This document shows, in pieces, positions 38,197 through 49,200 of a DNA stretch of 64,000 nucleotides. Where the stretch lies: IMG/VR virus record IMGVR_UViG_3300021387_001565, positions 32,001 to 96,000 of that record. The stretch is one strand, 5' to 3'. Every line of letters starts with the position of its first letter. Position 1 is the first letter of the stretch. The DNA comes from a virus (Duplodnaviria > Caudoviricetes). The position numbers and the translations under genes are program-made. A model generated the notes under the pieces. The model worked only from the letters and a program-made list of their open reading frames with translations. It made no database searches and was not told the DNA's origin.

Positions 38197-40290
38197 TCAG
38201 TCCTTATTTACGATGTTAATGTTTATATCACGCAACCTCGGAATAACAAATCTTGAATATGGATTAAACTTGTTGAAGTACGAACGGACATCAAACGGGT
38301 CATACGACTGTCCTTCGGACTCTCTAAACAGCGGAGCAAACCCAGGGAATTGTGCCCCCTGCCTCATCACAGCGTCAAGCACACTGTGTATTATTCTTGC
38401 TTTTTCTCTCCTCACAGCATATTCAGCCGTAGGAGTTCCGACAGGAGTGTTAAGGTACTCGCTAAACTTCAAATGGGCTTTCGTAACAGGCGCGATAGTT
38501 ATACTCTCCCATGTAGGTGTGCTCTTCGCAGTAATCTCAATACGAAGTTGGGTAATACTTATGGACTCTGTATCAGTCACACTCCCAATAGTGTAATAGT
38601 AAACACCACGCTGAGACGTATCTGCCTCAAACATAGGAATTATCTCAGTTGCCACACCTGCGTTAATTTCAGATATCTTAACCGTGCAGTCTGTGTTCGG
38701 GTTTACCATCTTTAATACATACATAGATACTCCCGCTACAGCAAAGGCAGAAAGCTCGGGAAGACTGAAAGAAATCGTGGGGGCATTATCCCCTGTTATC
38801 GTATTATTAAATCTAAATGTAATAGATTGGTCGTCAAGATAGACCAACTGCTCGGGAACACTTACGGTTGAATATGTATAAGCGTATAAAGCAAGGTACT
38901 CCGTTTTCCCATCTTCGGTAAGAAACGTAGTGTCAATGCTGTGCAATCCTGCACTGATTAAATCTCTGTTGGCAAGTAACAAAATTGCATAGTCTTCTGA
39001 GGGGTCTTCGGAAGGAATTGTCGCCGTAGCAATTTCCCCTTGGTCAAGATAGTGTACCGTAGTCCTCTGTACTGAGATATTATCATCTGATACCAACGCT
39101 GTTCCACAGATAGTCTGTGGCTTAGTGCTCGACAAATCAAGGGATAACAATGTTCTAACATCCCACGCAATGCTTGTATCTGCAATCACAGGCAGATTGT
39201 AAACTGTTGTTTCCCCGGGCACTGTGTAGGTCACGGTGAAATCTGCAAGAGTAGCAGTACCCTCGGTCACCCCTGCATTTGTAAGCCTCATCCATTTCGT
39301 AGTATCTGTACGGGTAAATGTCACGCTACAACCCTCATTAAGGTTAAGCAACTGCATTTCAGTTAAGGTAATATTTAACTCTGCTCCCTTGAAAGAATAC
39401 CAAGTATCATATGAGATAGCGTTAAGTCCGTCGGATAGTATATCGCTATAGTCAATAACATCCACATACAACGGGTCAGTGCTCTGTCCTGCAAGTCGTG
39501 TACGCTCAATCTTTGTACCTGCACCAACTATGTTCAGAGAAGAGAATGAGTTGTTTGTGTAAATGAAGTATTCCCCCGACTGTAACATGTAGGTGTCACT
39601 GCCATCGTCAAATAATGCGTATTTGTAAGCGTCTCCAACCTTAGTTTTGGAATTTCTTACCCAATAGCAATAGTTAAATTCACTTTGAAGATTTACAAGG
39701 TTAATCGCACGATTGGAAATCTGTCTATTGCCTGTAAGGATTGAAGTTACGTCCTCTGATATATGGGCATTAAGAGCTTCATCAAGAACTACCCCCTGCC
39801 CCAAAGGAAGAGTGCTACCATAAGTAGTCTCTGTCGTATAAACCGTAAATGTAGGCTTAAATATCGCTCCTGTACCAAATTTAGCATACTGATAATGAAC
39901 ATCCGCACTATCTTCGGTCTTCCAATAAACAATAATATTCTCATACGGACCGAGTTTATAATCGGTATCAACAGGAATGGTCGCGGATGAATCTTGTGTG
40001 TTAATATACTCGTACTTGACATAGTTAGAGTACGTCCGCAAATCAATGAGGTTAGGAGCAAAAAACTGTAACGTCTCATTAGGGCGCAAGGTATAAGTCA
40101 AGGCGGTATCGGGGGAGTCTTCGTAGAATACCCCAAACAGCCAATTCGTGTCTATACTAAACACCTTATCATACTGAGCCTCAGCCATCTGTTGTAACGA
40201 ATATTTAAAAGTGTCATCAAAATCAAATATCTGATACTTACCTGCAAGGTAATCTCGCATCACCATATTTGTTAATGGATTTGTCGGCAT
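38197..40290 (-). CDS. Baseplate structural protein
   Basis: Beta-rich 697-aa ORF in the baseplate operon, with its own AAGGAG RBS. Confidence 0.65.
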   Translation of the reverse strand: MPTNPLTNMVMRDYLAGKYQIFDFDDTFKYSLQQMAEAQYDKVFSIDTNWLFGVFYEDSPDTALTYTLRPNETLQFFAPNLIDLRTYSNYVKYEYINTQDSSATIPVDTDYKLGPYENIIVYWKTEDSADVHYQYAKFGTGAIFKPTFTVYTTETTYGSTLPLGQGVVLDEALNAHISEDVTSILTGNRQISNRAINLVNLQSEFNYCYWVRNSKTKVGDAYKYALFDDGSDTYMLQSGEYFIYTNNSFSSLNIVGAGTKIERTRLAGQSTDPLYVDVIDYSDILSDGLNAISYDTWYSFKGAELNITLTEMQLLNLNEGCSVTFTRTDTTKWMRLTNAGVTEGTATLADFTVTYTVPGETTVYNLPVIADTSIAWDVRTLLSLDLSSTKPQTICGTALVSDDNISVQRTTVHYLDQGEIATATIPSEDPSEDYAILLLANRDLISAGLHSIDTTFLTEDGKTEYLALYAYTYSTVSVPEQLVYLDDQSITFRFNNTITGDNAPTISFSLPELSAFAVAGVSMYVLKMVNPNTDCTVKISEINAGVATEIIPMFEADTSQRGVYYYTIGSVTDTESISITQLRIEITAKSTPTWESITIAPVTKAHLKFSEYLNTPVGTPTAEYAVRREKARIIHSVLDAVMRQGAQFPGFAPLFRESEGQSYDPFDVRSYFNKFNPYSRFVIPRLRDININIVNKD

Positions 40291-40320
40291 TTTTGTATCT
40301 CCTTAACCATATATATCTAT

Positions 40321-42036
40321 TTACGCTGTTGCAAATACACCCTGTAAAGGAAGTAGCTCCAAATCTTGAACGGCAGTAGGACCAAGTTCGTGCACAAACT
40401 CGTCAACGCTATGAGCTATCAAACGATATTCAATAGGAGCGATAATCAATGTCTTTATCCTGCTGTCGGATTTTATCACAACATCATATATCGCATTGTA
40501 ATCGGGTTCAACCCCATACTCAACTTGAGTGGCATTAAGGGACTCCCACAGAGCTGTAGAAATGTTGCTTCGCACCTCAGTAAGCTCTGCGTTTGACAAC
40601 TTCCTATTAGTTATCAAAGTTATATCAAGGTTAAAGTCTGCGTACATATAAGGGTAAAATTCAGCCGCGCTTGAAATATTCGCATATCTCACTCCAATGT
40701 GTCTTAATTCATCAAGATACAATTTAACATTCTCCGTAGGCTGTAGAACAGTCGTAAGCACCTGTCGAATAATTATGGGTGTAGCCTCATAATATGGAGC
40801 AAAAGATTTATCAAATAACTCCTTGGTTATGTTCTTATCACTTGCGATTGGAGTAAGAGCACGAATATCTATAGTAGTAGGAGCAAAGCACCCAAATAAA
40901 TCATATGCGAGAGCATATTCTGGGTCACTCGCCTCAAGAGCATCAAAATAACTCGTGTACTGTCTGCCATCCGCATCTTCACAAATGTAATTGTACGCAT
41001 AGGGAGTGTTCGTTCTATCAGACACAACACAATTAGAAACTACATTAGAAGCACGCAGATAATTCTGAAAATCCTGCCATGTAACAAGGCAGTCACAGAT
41101 ATTGACATTACGCATGTAATTCTTGTATGCGTCATCAATAGTCTCTATATCAAGCCCGCCTACAGCCGCAGAATAGTTGGTCAACTTAACATTGTCCGTA
41201 CCTACGTCTACTCCATTGATTGTAGATTCAAAAAACTGTTCAAGCGTGTACGCCTTAATGTTCCCGTTTGCTCCGTTACTTACTACGTAGTGAATTTCAA
41301 GTCCATCACCAATAAGATTGATGATATAATCAGAAAACTGAATATAGACAAGATTTGATACTGCATCTACGCCGACGAAGTAACATTTGGTGTCGGGGGC
41401 TTGCACATACAAGTTATCAACCGCTACCCATTCCGAGAAATTTTCAAGCCCGTAGTTGTTAATGAAAATTCCGTTCTCAGCAACATTGCTTGTAGGCAGG
41501 AAAATCCTGCGGCGAGAATCGAGCATTGACGTGTTAATTGTCGTCTCACCCGAAACAGACAACTGATTTACCGCTCCTTCAATAGCATCTACGGTCACAT
41601 AGTTTTTGTTTGCCGTAGCCCTCAAAGTAGCATTCTGTGTGAGAGTGAACACTGTTTCAAGCTCAGAATCCGCAACCTGTGTAAACCTCGGTATCTGAAT
41701 AACTTCGTCAGTAAACTCTCCCTTCCACAGAATAGACACATCTACGTGGGCAGACTGCAACCAATGCATGTGGTAGCCCAACTGCTGAAACAAATTTCTA
41801 GCGTTCTTGGGCTGTGTAACAGACACAGGGAAGCACTCCAACACGTTCTTATCGATGTTGTAATTGAGCTTGTCTGCCACCAATGCCATACACTTTAGCA
41901 ACACAACCCCGGGGTCGGACTCATTACTTTCCACAGGATTCCACTTGAGTGTCAGATTGTTGACGTACTCAAGTAACTCGGGAAATATCGTCTGAAAATC
42001 TTTATCCGTATAGGATTTATTGGAAATATCATTCAT
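40321..42036 (-). CDS. Baseplate wedge subunit (T4 gp6 / P2 gpJ-like)
   Basis: SYTDKDF, ESDPGVVL, YVVSNGANGNI, AVGG.D.ET, LVT..DF. Confidence 0.85.
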   Translation of the reverse strand: MNDISNKSYTDKDFQTIFPELLEYVNNLTLKWNPVESNESDPGVVLLKCMALVADKLNYNIDKNVLECFPVSVTQPKNARNLFQQLGYHMHWLQSAHVDVSILWKGEFTDEVIQIPRFTQVADSELETVFTLTQNATLRATANKNYVTVDAIEGAVNQLSVSGETTINTSMLDSRRRIFLPTSNVAENGIFINNYGLENFSEWVAVDNLYVQAPDTKCYFVGVDAVSNLVYIQFSDYIINLIGDGLEIHYVVSNGANGNIKAYTLEQFFESTINGVDVGTDNVKLTNYSAAVGGLDIETIDDAYKNYMRNVNICDCLVTWQDFQNYLRASNVVSNCVVSDRTNTPYAYNYICEDADGRQYTSYFDALEASDPEYALAYDLFGCFAPTTIDIRALTPIASDKNITKELFDKSFAPYYEATPIIIRQVLTTVLQPTENVKLYLDELRHIGVRYANISSAAEFYPYMYADFNLDITLITNRKLSNAELTEVRSNISTALWESLNATQVEYGVEPDYNAIYDVVIKSDSRIKTLIIAPIEYRLIAHSVDEFVHELGPTAVQDLELLPLQGVFATA

Positions 42037-42054
42037 CGCATATATCCTCTTTCT

Positions 42055-42420
42055 TTAATCGGGATTTAACAACTTAATAGAGTACAGGCTCGCTTCGTTC
42101 GTCAAAATATTTTTGGTATTTATGTTAATAGTAACACCCTTGGAACTTTGCACGAGCGTTATGTCGTTTCGTGACAACTGTAACTGCGGCATAAAGGTCA
42201 CTATGCATGAGTACACTTGGTCAATTACAAGCTCGGGTATTAGGTCGTTGTTTTGATTAAAAAACATACTACCCAAAGCACACCCAAAATCGGGGTCGTA
42301 AACAAAAGCCCGCTTGTTTGATAAAAGTGCAAGAGCAAGATTAGATTGGGTAGCATCTGTGTCCTTGACCAATTGCACTTGATTGTTTTTTATCATGTTT
42401 GGAAAACTCAAAGAATACAT
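42055..42420 (-). CDS. Baseplate gp25/gpW-like protein
   Basis: NLALALLS..R..DPDFGCAL motif. Confidence 0.8.
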   Translation of the reverse strand: MYSLSFPNMIKNNQVQLVKDTDATQSNLALALLSNKRAFVYDPDFGCALGSMFFNQNNDLIPELVIDQVYSCIVTFMPQLQLSRNDITLVQSSKGVTININTKNILTNEASLYSIKLLNPD

Positions 42421-42473
42421 ATCAAGCCGCTCCTTATCATTAGATTATACAATAATTGCTAACAAAACAGTAT

Positions 42474-42498
42474 GCGTGTGCACCTTTTGTGCCCACGC
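42474..42498 (-). terminator. Possible terminator hairpin
   Basis: GCGTGGGCAC-AAAAG-GTGCACACGC followed by a weakly T-rich tail. Confidence 0.45.
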
Positions 42499-42508
42499 TA
42501 ACTGAACA

Positions 42509-43012
42509 TTAGTTATTCACTTCTATAGATACAGACTGCCACGTAGTTCCGTCATAAAATTTGAGTGCATTACCATGTGCAGTGTCCACCCAAAAAAGAT
42601 TAGTGTCAACAGGGGGAATAACACCTGCTTCAAATACCTTTGTAGGGGCTGAGAATGCCCGTTTACCCCGTTCACTATCATTGCCCGATAGAATCTCTAG
42701 GTTACCCAATTTAAGGCTCTTATTGACCGTTAAATGGCTAAACGCCACATCGGGGGGAGTAGTCTCCGAACCATCATATAGAAATGAACCTAGTATAACT
42801 ATATTATCCCGCTCACCGTTCTCTACAGCCACATATACCACGTCATCGACTTTAAAGTTATAGAAAGTACCCGCCATACCACAAACGGTTGCTATGGGCA
42901 ACATAGCCTTTGGAGTAGCCGTACTAGAGCTTTTTATTTGGTCGAAAATCGGCATACGCACTCTATAGTGATAGGCATCAATAATCTCTTCGATATACGC
43001 TTTGGTAATCAT
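42509..43012 (-). CDS. Baseplate central spike (gpV/gp5 OB-fold-like)
   Basis: YRVRMP...VDDVVYVAVENG...VILG OB-fold pattern. Confidence 0.65.
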   Translation of the reverse strand: MITKAYIEEIIDAYHYRVRMPIFDQIKSSSTATPKAMLPIATVCGMAGTFYNFKVDDVVYVAVENGERDNIVILGSFLYDGSETTPPDVAFSHLTVNKSLKLGNLEILSGNDSERGKRAFSAPTKVFEAGVIPPVDTNLFWVDTAHGNALKFYDGTTWQSVSIEVNN

Positions 43013-44194
43013 TTAACTCTCCTTAACTCTTACGAGGGTAAGTATGGTTCTAAATCCCGAACGGTCTATCTGCATCTCATCCTTCTGTATACAGTACAGC
43101 CCCGAGGTAATATGTTGTTGACCATAGAACACTACGTTAAGTCTAATGTAAGACATGAGCATTGTGGTCTTGGTCAATCCCTTTAATGTTACCTGTGCAG
43201 TAATAGGAAACTCAGTCATCTCCGTCCACCATTGACTCTTGGATGCTTCTGACTTCATAGTAGTCTTGGATTTTGTGAGTGTCGGAGCAGAAGTAACAAT
43301 CAGTTTACCGTCATCGCCTATACGGTAATTATAATCTACTTGCGTAGGTGTCTCTGACCCCTTGAACAAGATTGACCATTGATTATCGGTCAGAACATTA
43401 AACCCTGTCACAAACTTATCCGTAGGGTATCCAACATCAATAACAAAGGTATCACTACTCTCCGCCATAGCCGCACTCATCTGTACTACACTTAATGACG
43501 CTCCTGCCCCTGTATTGGTTTTCTCATCGCTTACAGCCATCTTGTAGACACCTGTAGACCCGTCTTGAGGGGTCATGCAGGAAGTAAGGTAGTTGATATA
43601 GTTGAACGGCGTAATGTTATTTTTAGGTTCAATCGGAACTGCTTTATCATTACCTGCAATAAGCGAGTTCATTGTTGAAGTGTTAAGCCCCGGAAGCACC
43701 TTGCTAATACCGTAAGACTGATTTTTTACCATACTCTTTATAACATCGCTAGGCTTAGCCGTTGTACCTGCAAAGTTGTAACACTTGGAGTTAAGGTCTT
43801 GTGCTTCACTGACAGCAGTAATAATGTAAGTAATCTTACTGCTGTTGAAGTCAAAGTCATTTTTAACCGCTGTTACTATCGCTGTCTCATCCTTATAAAT
43901 GCTTGACGGGTATGCCCAATCACCATAGCTAAGGGTTATTCTACGCTTGTCAGATATACTGCTCAAAGCTTTATCGATAAGGTTAGGGTCGTCTCCCAAA
44001 GTAATCTGATATTCCAACGTTATCGTGTACGTATTGACTGTTCCATTCATGCGAACTACCCTAATCCCTTTTATGAAATTAGGGTACTTTGTCTTGGAGC
44101 AATCACCCATGACCAAACTTCCGATAGTCACGATTACAAACGGGGCTTCAACAAATGATGAAGAGGTAGTTAATTCCGCATTTGCCATACTCAA
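43013..44194 (-). CDS. Baseplate hub (gp27/gpD-like)
   Basis: Position and size; C-terminal AQVTLKG...SGLY.I....ID.SGFRT.L.L.R. Confidence 0.7.
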   Translation of the reverse strand: MSMANAELTTSSSFVEAPFVIVTIGSLVMGDCSKTKYPNFIKGIRVVRMNGTVNTYTITLEYQITLGDDPNLIDKALSSISDKRRITLSYGDWAYPSSIYKDETAIVTAVKNDFDFNSSKITYIITAVSEAQDLNSKCYNFAGTTAKPSDVIKSMVKNQSYGISKVLPGLNTSTMNSLIAGNDKAVPIEPKNNITPFNYINYLTSCMTPQDGSTGVYKMAVSDEKTNTGAGASLSVVQMSAAMAESSDTFVIDVGYPTDKFVTGFNVLTDNQWSILFKGSETPTQVDYNYRIGDDGKLIVTSAPTLTKSKTTMKSEASKSQWWTEMTEFPITAQVTLKGLTKTTMLMSYIRLNVVFYGQQHITSGLYCIQKDEMQIDRSGFRTILTLVRVKES

Positions 44195-44514
44195 TCCTCA
44201 ATAAATTCAATATTACTCAATACGGGTATCTTTAACTTCTGTCCTACAGTCAGTTTTTCAAACGGGTCAAGGATACGATTGAAATCGGCTATAATCCAAT
44301 AACGTGTAGGGTCATTATAACTATTCAAGGCAATCAAGTCTAACGTGTCCCCCGCTTTGACTACATAGTCAGAATAGGCAGTGTCAGTCTTAAGATTTGC
44401 CGTGATACCGTACACATACTTTTCATCCCTCGTATTATAATAATACGGGAAGTAAGCATACCTACTCAGCTTGTTATATGACTTATATGATTTTGACGTT
44501 AATACATCGGGCAT
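44191..44514 (-). CDS. LysM baseplate protein (gp53/gpX-like)
   Basis: YVVKAGDTLDLIA..Y.DP..YWIIADFN...GQKLKIP. Confidence 0.88.
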   Translation of the reverse strand: MPDVLTSKSYKSYNKLSRYAYFPYYYNTRDEKYVYGITANLKTDTAYSDYVVKAGDTLDLIALNSYNDPTRYWIIADFNRILDPFEKLTVGQKLKIPVLSNIEFIED

Positions 44515-44525
44515 GGCTAATCTCC

Positions 44526-45131
44526 TTAAACCGTGTAAATGTTTCTTTCCAAATCAGCATCAACACCTCTGAATCCGCCACTTGACCAAACCGAACTTGC
44601 ATCAAACGGGTTAATCTCAGTCAAATCAAAGCTAATACCGACATTGGCATACTTTCCATTTTCAAGAATAGGCAGGTCATAAGTCACACTTACCGCTCCT
44701 GTGACCACTCCCTTACAAAACACATCGTTACCGAACTTAACCGATATAATTGGGGGATTAACCATTTTTGCAGAAGAGGCATACTCGGGCAATGCCGCCG
44801 CCTGTATACGTTTAGCAAAAACGTCAACCAAATCGTCTGACGCTCCGCCCCCACCGAGGTTAGAGTTGCCGTAGTTAATCTGCTTCATCATATCTCTGTG
44901 CAGTTTGAAATCCACTCGGACTACACGTGGTCCCGACCCTGCATAAGACTGAATAGGAGCAGACCTGCCTAATGGCGTTGAGGAAACGAAGCTAGTGCTC
45001 ATCGAGTCTGTAATGCTGTCGGGATAAGTAGGCAAAATCATCAGCGAATCAAGATGGTGGAAGTAGATGAAGTTGTCAATATTCTTAAAAGTTCTGATAT
45101 TGGTGTGCCCGTAGTATAAGGACAAAGCCAT
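44526..45131 (-). CDS. Tail tube initiator-like protein
   Basis: YPDSITD...GRSAPI..Y..SGPR...PP...KFG pattern of tube-fold baseplate proteins. Confidence 0.7.
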   Translation of the reverse strand: MALSLYYGHTNIRTFKNIDNFIYFHHLDSLMILPTYPDSITDSMSTSFVSSTPLGRSAPIQSYAGSGPRVVRVDFKLHRDMMKQINYGNSNLGGGGASDDLVDVFAKRIQAAALPEYASSAKMVNPPIISVKFGNDVFCKGVVTGAVSVTYDLPILENGKYANVGISFDLTEINPFDASSVWSSGGFRGVDADLERNIYTV

Positions 45132-45144
45132 GATAAATCACCCC

Positions 45145-46287
45145 TTATGTAGTATACTCTATCTGTTTATCACCATATCCTGCGATATCAACACTGCCCG
45201 ATTGTTTATCTACATAATCGTAAAATAGTTTGTATCTCAAATCTAAATCCCATACATCGGGAGTTCCACCCACATAGGATATTTTCTGTTGGAATCTCTT
45301 CACGTTATTATAAATTGTTTCCTGTGATGTAACCGCATGACCACTAAGATACTCTAACAACTTGTCTGAGTAAGGGTATGACTTACTGTCGTTAATCAGT
45401 GTCAACGCAGGCTTGGTTAGTAGTGCTTGGTCAATGATGCTTGGACGGGTAGAACTTATGTTTTCTGCACTTATAAGCAGATTACGCTGTACATAGTCAC
45501 CCTCAAGCACTACAAGCGACGAGTGGAACGATGAAGGAACTTCGATTGCCAAGTATGCCGAAGCACGATACTTGTAAATATCTGCCCGAGCACAATAGAC
45601 ATTGTATACCGTAGGGTTCGCAAATGATATATTTGTAACCGTAGTGACATGCTCATCAAGTGCATTCGTGATATACGTGCCGTCTGCAAATTTCAACAAC
45701 TGCTTCGTATTCGTGTCATAAAAGATAGTTCTCATCTTAACAGGAGCAGAGGTGTCCATGTAAACGGTGTAGTCCGTGTTCAATCGAATAGGAACAATAA
45801 CGGTTATCCTGTTACTTTGTGTCTTTGCTGTAATATCTGTAACATTAACATCTGCGTATTGCAGTCCAAAGCAATTGTAGAACGGCATCAAGTTAATATC
45901 GTACAAGTCTCTGTAGCATCTCAGATATTTACCGAGTTGAAGGTGCACATCTGTAGAGTAGTCATCCGTGCTAAGGTATTTATACTCATCTACATACAGG
46001 TTGAAGTCAAACAGGAAATAGTCTGACACCACCTCGTATAAAGCATACTCGTAACCAATATACAGAGTATCGCTCGCAATCGTATGCTCGGACACAACAA
46101 CCTGTTCAGAGTAATCGGTCAAATAGCCTGTCTTGGTACACAGAATAACATAAGTAGAGTAAATGTAACGAAATCCCTCTACGATAAAGTCACCGCGTCG
46201 CACGGTATCGAATATAGGGTAAGATATACTCGATACCAAGCGGGAAAGCATGTGGCTCTCAATGGTGTTCTCATAAAACTTATGCAT
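45145..46287 (-). CDS. Hypothetical structural protein
   Basis: 380-aa ORF between the tape measure and baseplate genes. Confidence 0.7.
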   Translation of the reverse strand: MHKFYENTIESHMLSRLVSSISYPIFDTVRRGDFIVEGFRYIYSTYVILCTKTGYLTDYSEQVVVSEHTIASDTLYIGYEYALYEVVSDYFLFDFNLYVDEYKYLSTDDYSTDVHLQLGKYLRCYRDLYDINLMPFYNCFGLQYADVNVTDITAKTQSNRITVIVPIRLNTDYTVYMDTSAPVKMRTIFYDTNTKQLLKFADGTYITNALDEHVTTVTNISFANPTVYNVYCARADIYKYRASAYLAIEVPSSFHSSLVVLEGDYVQRNLLISAENISSTRPSIIDQALLTKPALTLINDSKSYPYSDKLLEYLSGHAVTSQETIYNNVKRFQQKISYVGGTPDVWDLDLRYKLFYDYVDKQSGSVDIAGYGDKQIEYTT

Positions 46288-46290
46288 GAT

Positions 46291-49200
46291 TTAACTCTCC
46301 ATCAAGTATCTTGATACTGCTGTGTCAAAGTTCGGATTGGTCACGTTGACATTTACGTCGCCATTCACTATCTTAGTTATCAAATCCTCTAACGTCAATT
46401 TATCATTAGTAGATGCATCCCTTGCTCTGTCGTTGGTCTCCTGTGCTTTAGCCTTAATTAGCGCATTCATGATAAGCGTGGTAAGCAGTGTCTGTGCCTT
46501 ATCTGAAACCTCACTGACAGTAGACATGGTTTTTATCTCGCTGTTAGTCACTCGTACATCAATTGATGTACTTGAGCTGTTCATTATCTTATTTACAGAC
46601 GATAAGGTTTTAGAGATGTTCTCAACGCTTGCTGTAGATATATTAACACTCGCATTACTAAGCAAACTTGACCATGTACCCGAATCGGGAATAACGTGGA
46701 TATTCTTCTTGAACAAATCTCTATACAACTCACCGAGTGTATCGGTCTGCTTGGCGGTCTCTGCACTTGCTGTTGATACAGCCGAGATAGCATTAGCTGT
46801 GGTTAGCGAACTTGTACTCCGCAAGGATGAGGACGAGTAGGACAGTGCGGAATTTAACTCTTCGTTATAATTCGCAAACGTCTTGCCATAACTGTCCATA
46901 CTGCTCGCTACGGAATCAATCTGCTCGGACAGATTAGCCGATGAACCAACAAACTCAGTGCTCCGACTGAACACATTAGACGCTACGCCGCTGTTAATTG
47001 ACGAAGAATAACTTGCACTTGTAGCGGTTGACGCTCCACTCGGTGCAGAAGTAGCCGCTGATGCTCTGCCCCTGCTTTCAAAATTAGACTGCTCCCAACT
47101 CTTAAGATTTAATCTAAACGGATTTGATACCGCAGAAGATACAGTACCAATAGCACCGACAATACTTGTGGCAATAGGAACTAACTGAGCAATCTGCGCT
47201 ACCTGTGATAATACAGGAATGCCAGCGTCCGCAAGTGCACCTTGTAATCTATATGCCACGTATTTACCTGTACTGTCTGAGATACCCGTAGCGATAGACG
47301 TAAACATGTTCTCTACAAGATTGTCTATTCTCTCGGACAAATGCATACGGTCTGTGATTGAGTTGACTTGGTCGTCAACCCACATCTTTGATGAAGCACT
47401 TGTAGCGTAAGCACTGTACACGGCACTAAATTTGGAGCTTTGTGCCAAGTTCGAGATAGCCTCAAAATCAGCACGTGTCATATTGAATAGGTCTTGGTAC
47501 TGTGCCTTTATAATGTTAGTTGAGGAAGTGTTTATTTCGTCAATATACTTTACAACGCCACGCATCAAAGTATTGATGTCCGCTTCTCTAACACCCTCAT
47601 TGAGCAATTTTGCGTAATCGAGATTCTGTTTATTAGCAACTAATGCGAACAGCGACTGCAAATCCTGTGCCCCTGCAAGAGCATTCACATCGCCTGTGCC
47701 AAGATAAACAAGTCCTTGTGTCAACCGTTCGAGAGTAGAACTCGAAGCACCCATAGAGCTTAGTGCCGCCATCCATTTCTGAATAGCAAAGTTAATCCCT
47801 ACCGAATCGGTCATGGTGCTGTCCAAGTCCATTAAAAGTCCCTCAATATTGTCGAACTCGGTAGACAAATATGAAGTGTCCTTGAACCACTGATTTAACA
47901 GCTTGTTCAGTATGCCTTCCATGCCCATATACTGATTAGTGCTGTCTTTCTGCTGTAACCTAATCAAGCGAAGCAGGTTTTCGTTATCAGCCTCAAAGGT
48001 AGTAACTAACTTATCACCAATAGCCATGAGCAATGCACGCTCTTCAAGGTTCTGAACGATACCCTGCTCTACAAGGTCTGCCACCTTCTCCATAACCTTT
48101 GTTTGGGTTACGATAGGTGACATACCGATGTTGGACTTGACCAACTTATAGATAGAATCATAGGTATGGTCAGCACCGTTAAGTCTTGTCATCAGTTTAG
48201 ACTGATACTGATAGTAGGTGCTGAGATACGGGTCAATCTTCTGAGTAAGGAACTCTGACACCTTAGACAAAGCGTTGGCTACTGTGCCAGCAACTTTACC
48301 AAGAAGATTAGAGAACAATTGTTTAAAGAATCCGCCTACACCGCCACTCACGAAAGAGTTCAAAAGACCGTCTGTGAGACTTCCGCCCGCTTCCTGCATT
48401 GCTTGTTCAGCGGCATTAGCGTCCTTGATTATCTTAACGAGGTCTCCATCCCTGTCTTCAAATTCAGCGGTAAGACCCTCTTTAAACATTTTCTTTATAT
48501 CTTCAACAGATTTGCCCGACTTTACGCTTAATTGTTCGTAAGCATCCTTACGTTGTTTACCATAGGTGTTCTTAAATATGCGATTATTTTCTCTTCGTGC
48601 GGTATCACTTTCATTAAGCAAATTCCATTTCTCGGTCATGGTAAGATACCGCCCTTGGTCACTCAATATATCGTTATTAGTCGCAATAAGAGCCGTATTC
48701 TTGGCAAATGTCTGCATTCGCTGTTCATTTACGGCATCTACAGCACTCTGTCTGCGCAAAGGATGGACAGACTCCTTAAGTTCCTCGCGGAGTTCTTCCA
48801 TTCGCAGTTCATGGTCTCGTTTAAGGGAGTCTAATTTCTGCTGATGCTCTAACTTCATGTTGGCGACAGCCAATTCATGACGCTTCTGCTCAAAGGTAAC
48901 CTGTTGCTGATACTCTTCTACAGTATCACGCCCCTGCTCATCCTTCTCACCACGGCGTAACTGAGTGCGCTCTTCGTACAACCGATGCTGTAAAGCCTGT
49001 TCACGAGCGTACTCCTTTAATTTTTCATTATAGGCATCTTCCTCGGCAAGAAGTCTCATACGGATGCCTGTTTCGTAGATATTATTGTAAGCAGTCTGCT
49101 GTTCCGCTAATTGGCTTTGAAGAGAAGCAAGTTCCCTTTGGGCTTCAAACACACCCTTATTGTTAAGTCTCTCTTTTGGAGCGACAGCATCCTCACCACG

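Noticed and set aside
38197-42036. Single baseplate gene broken by recoding
   Set aside because: The downstream ORF has its own AAGGAG RBS and ATG after a 30-nt gap; these are ordinary separate genes.
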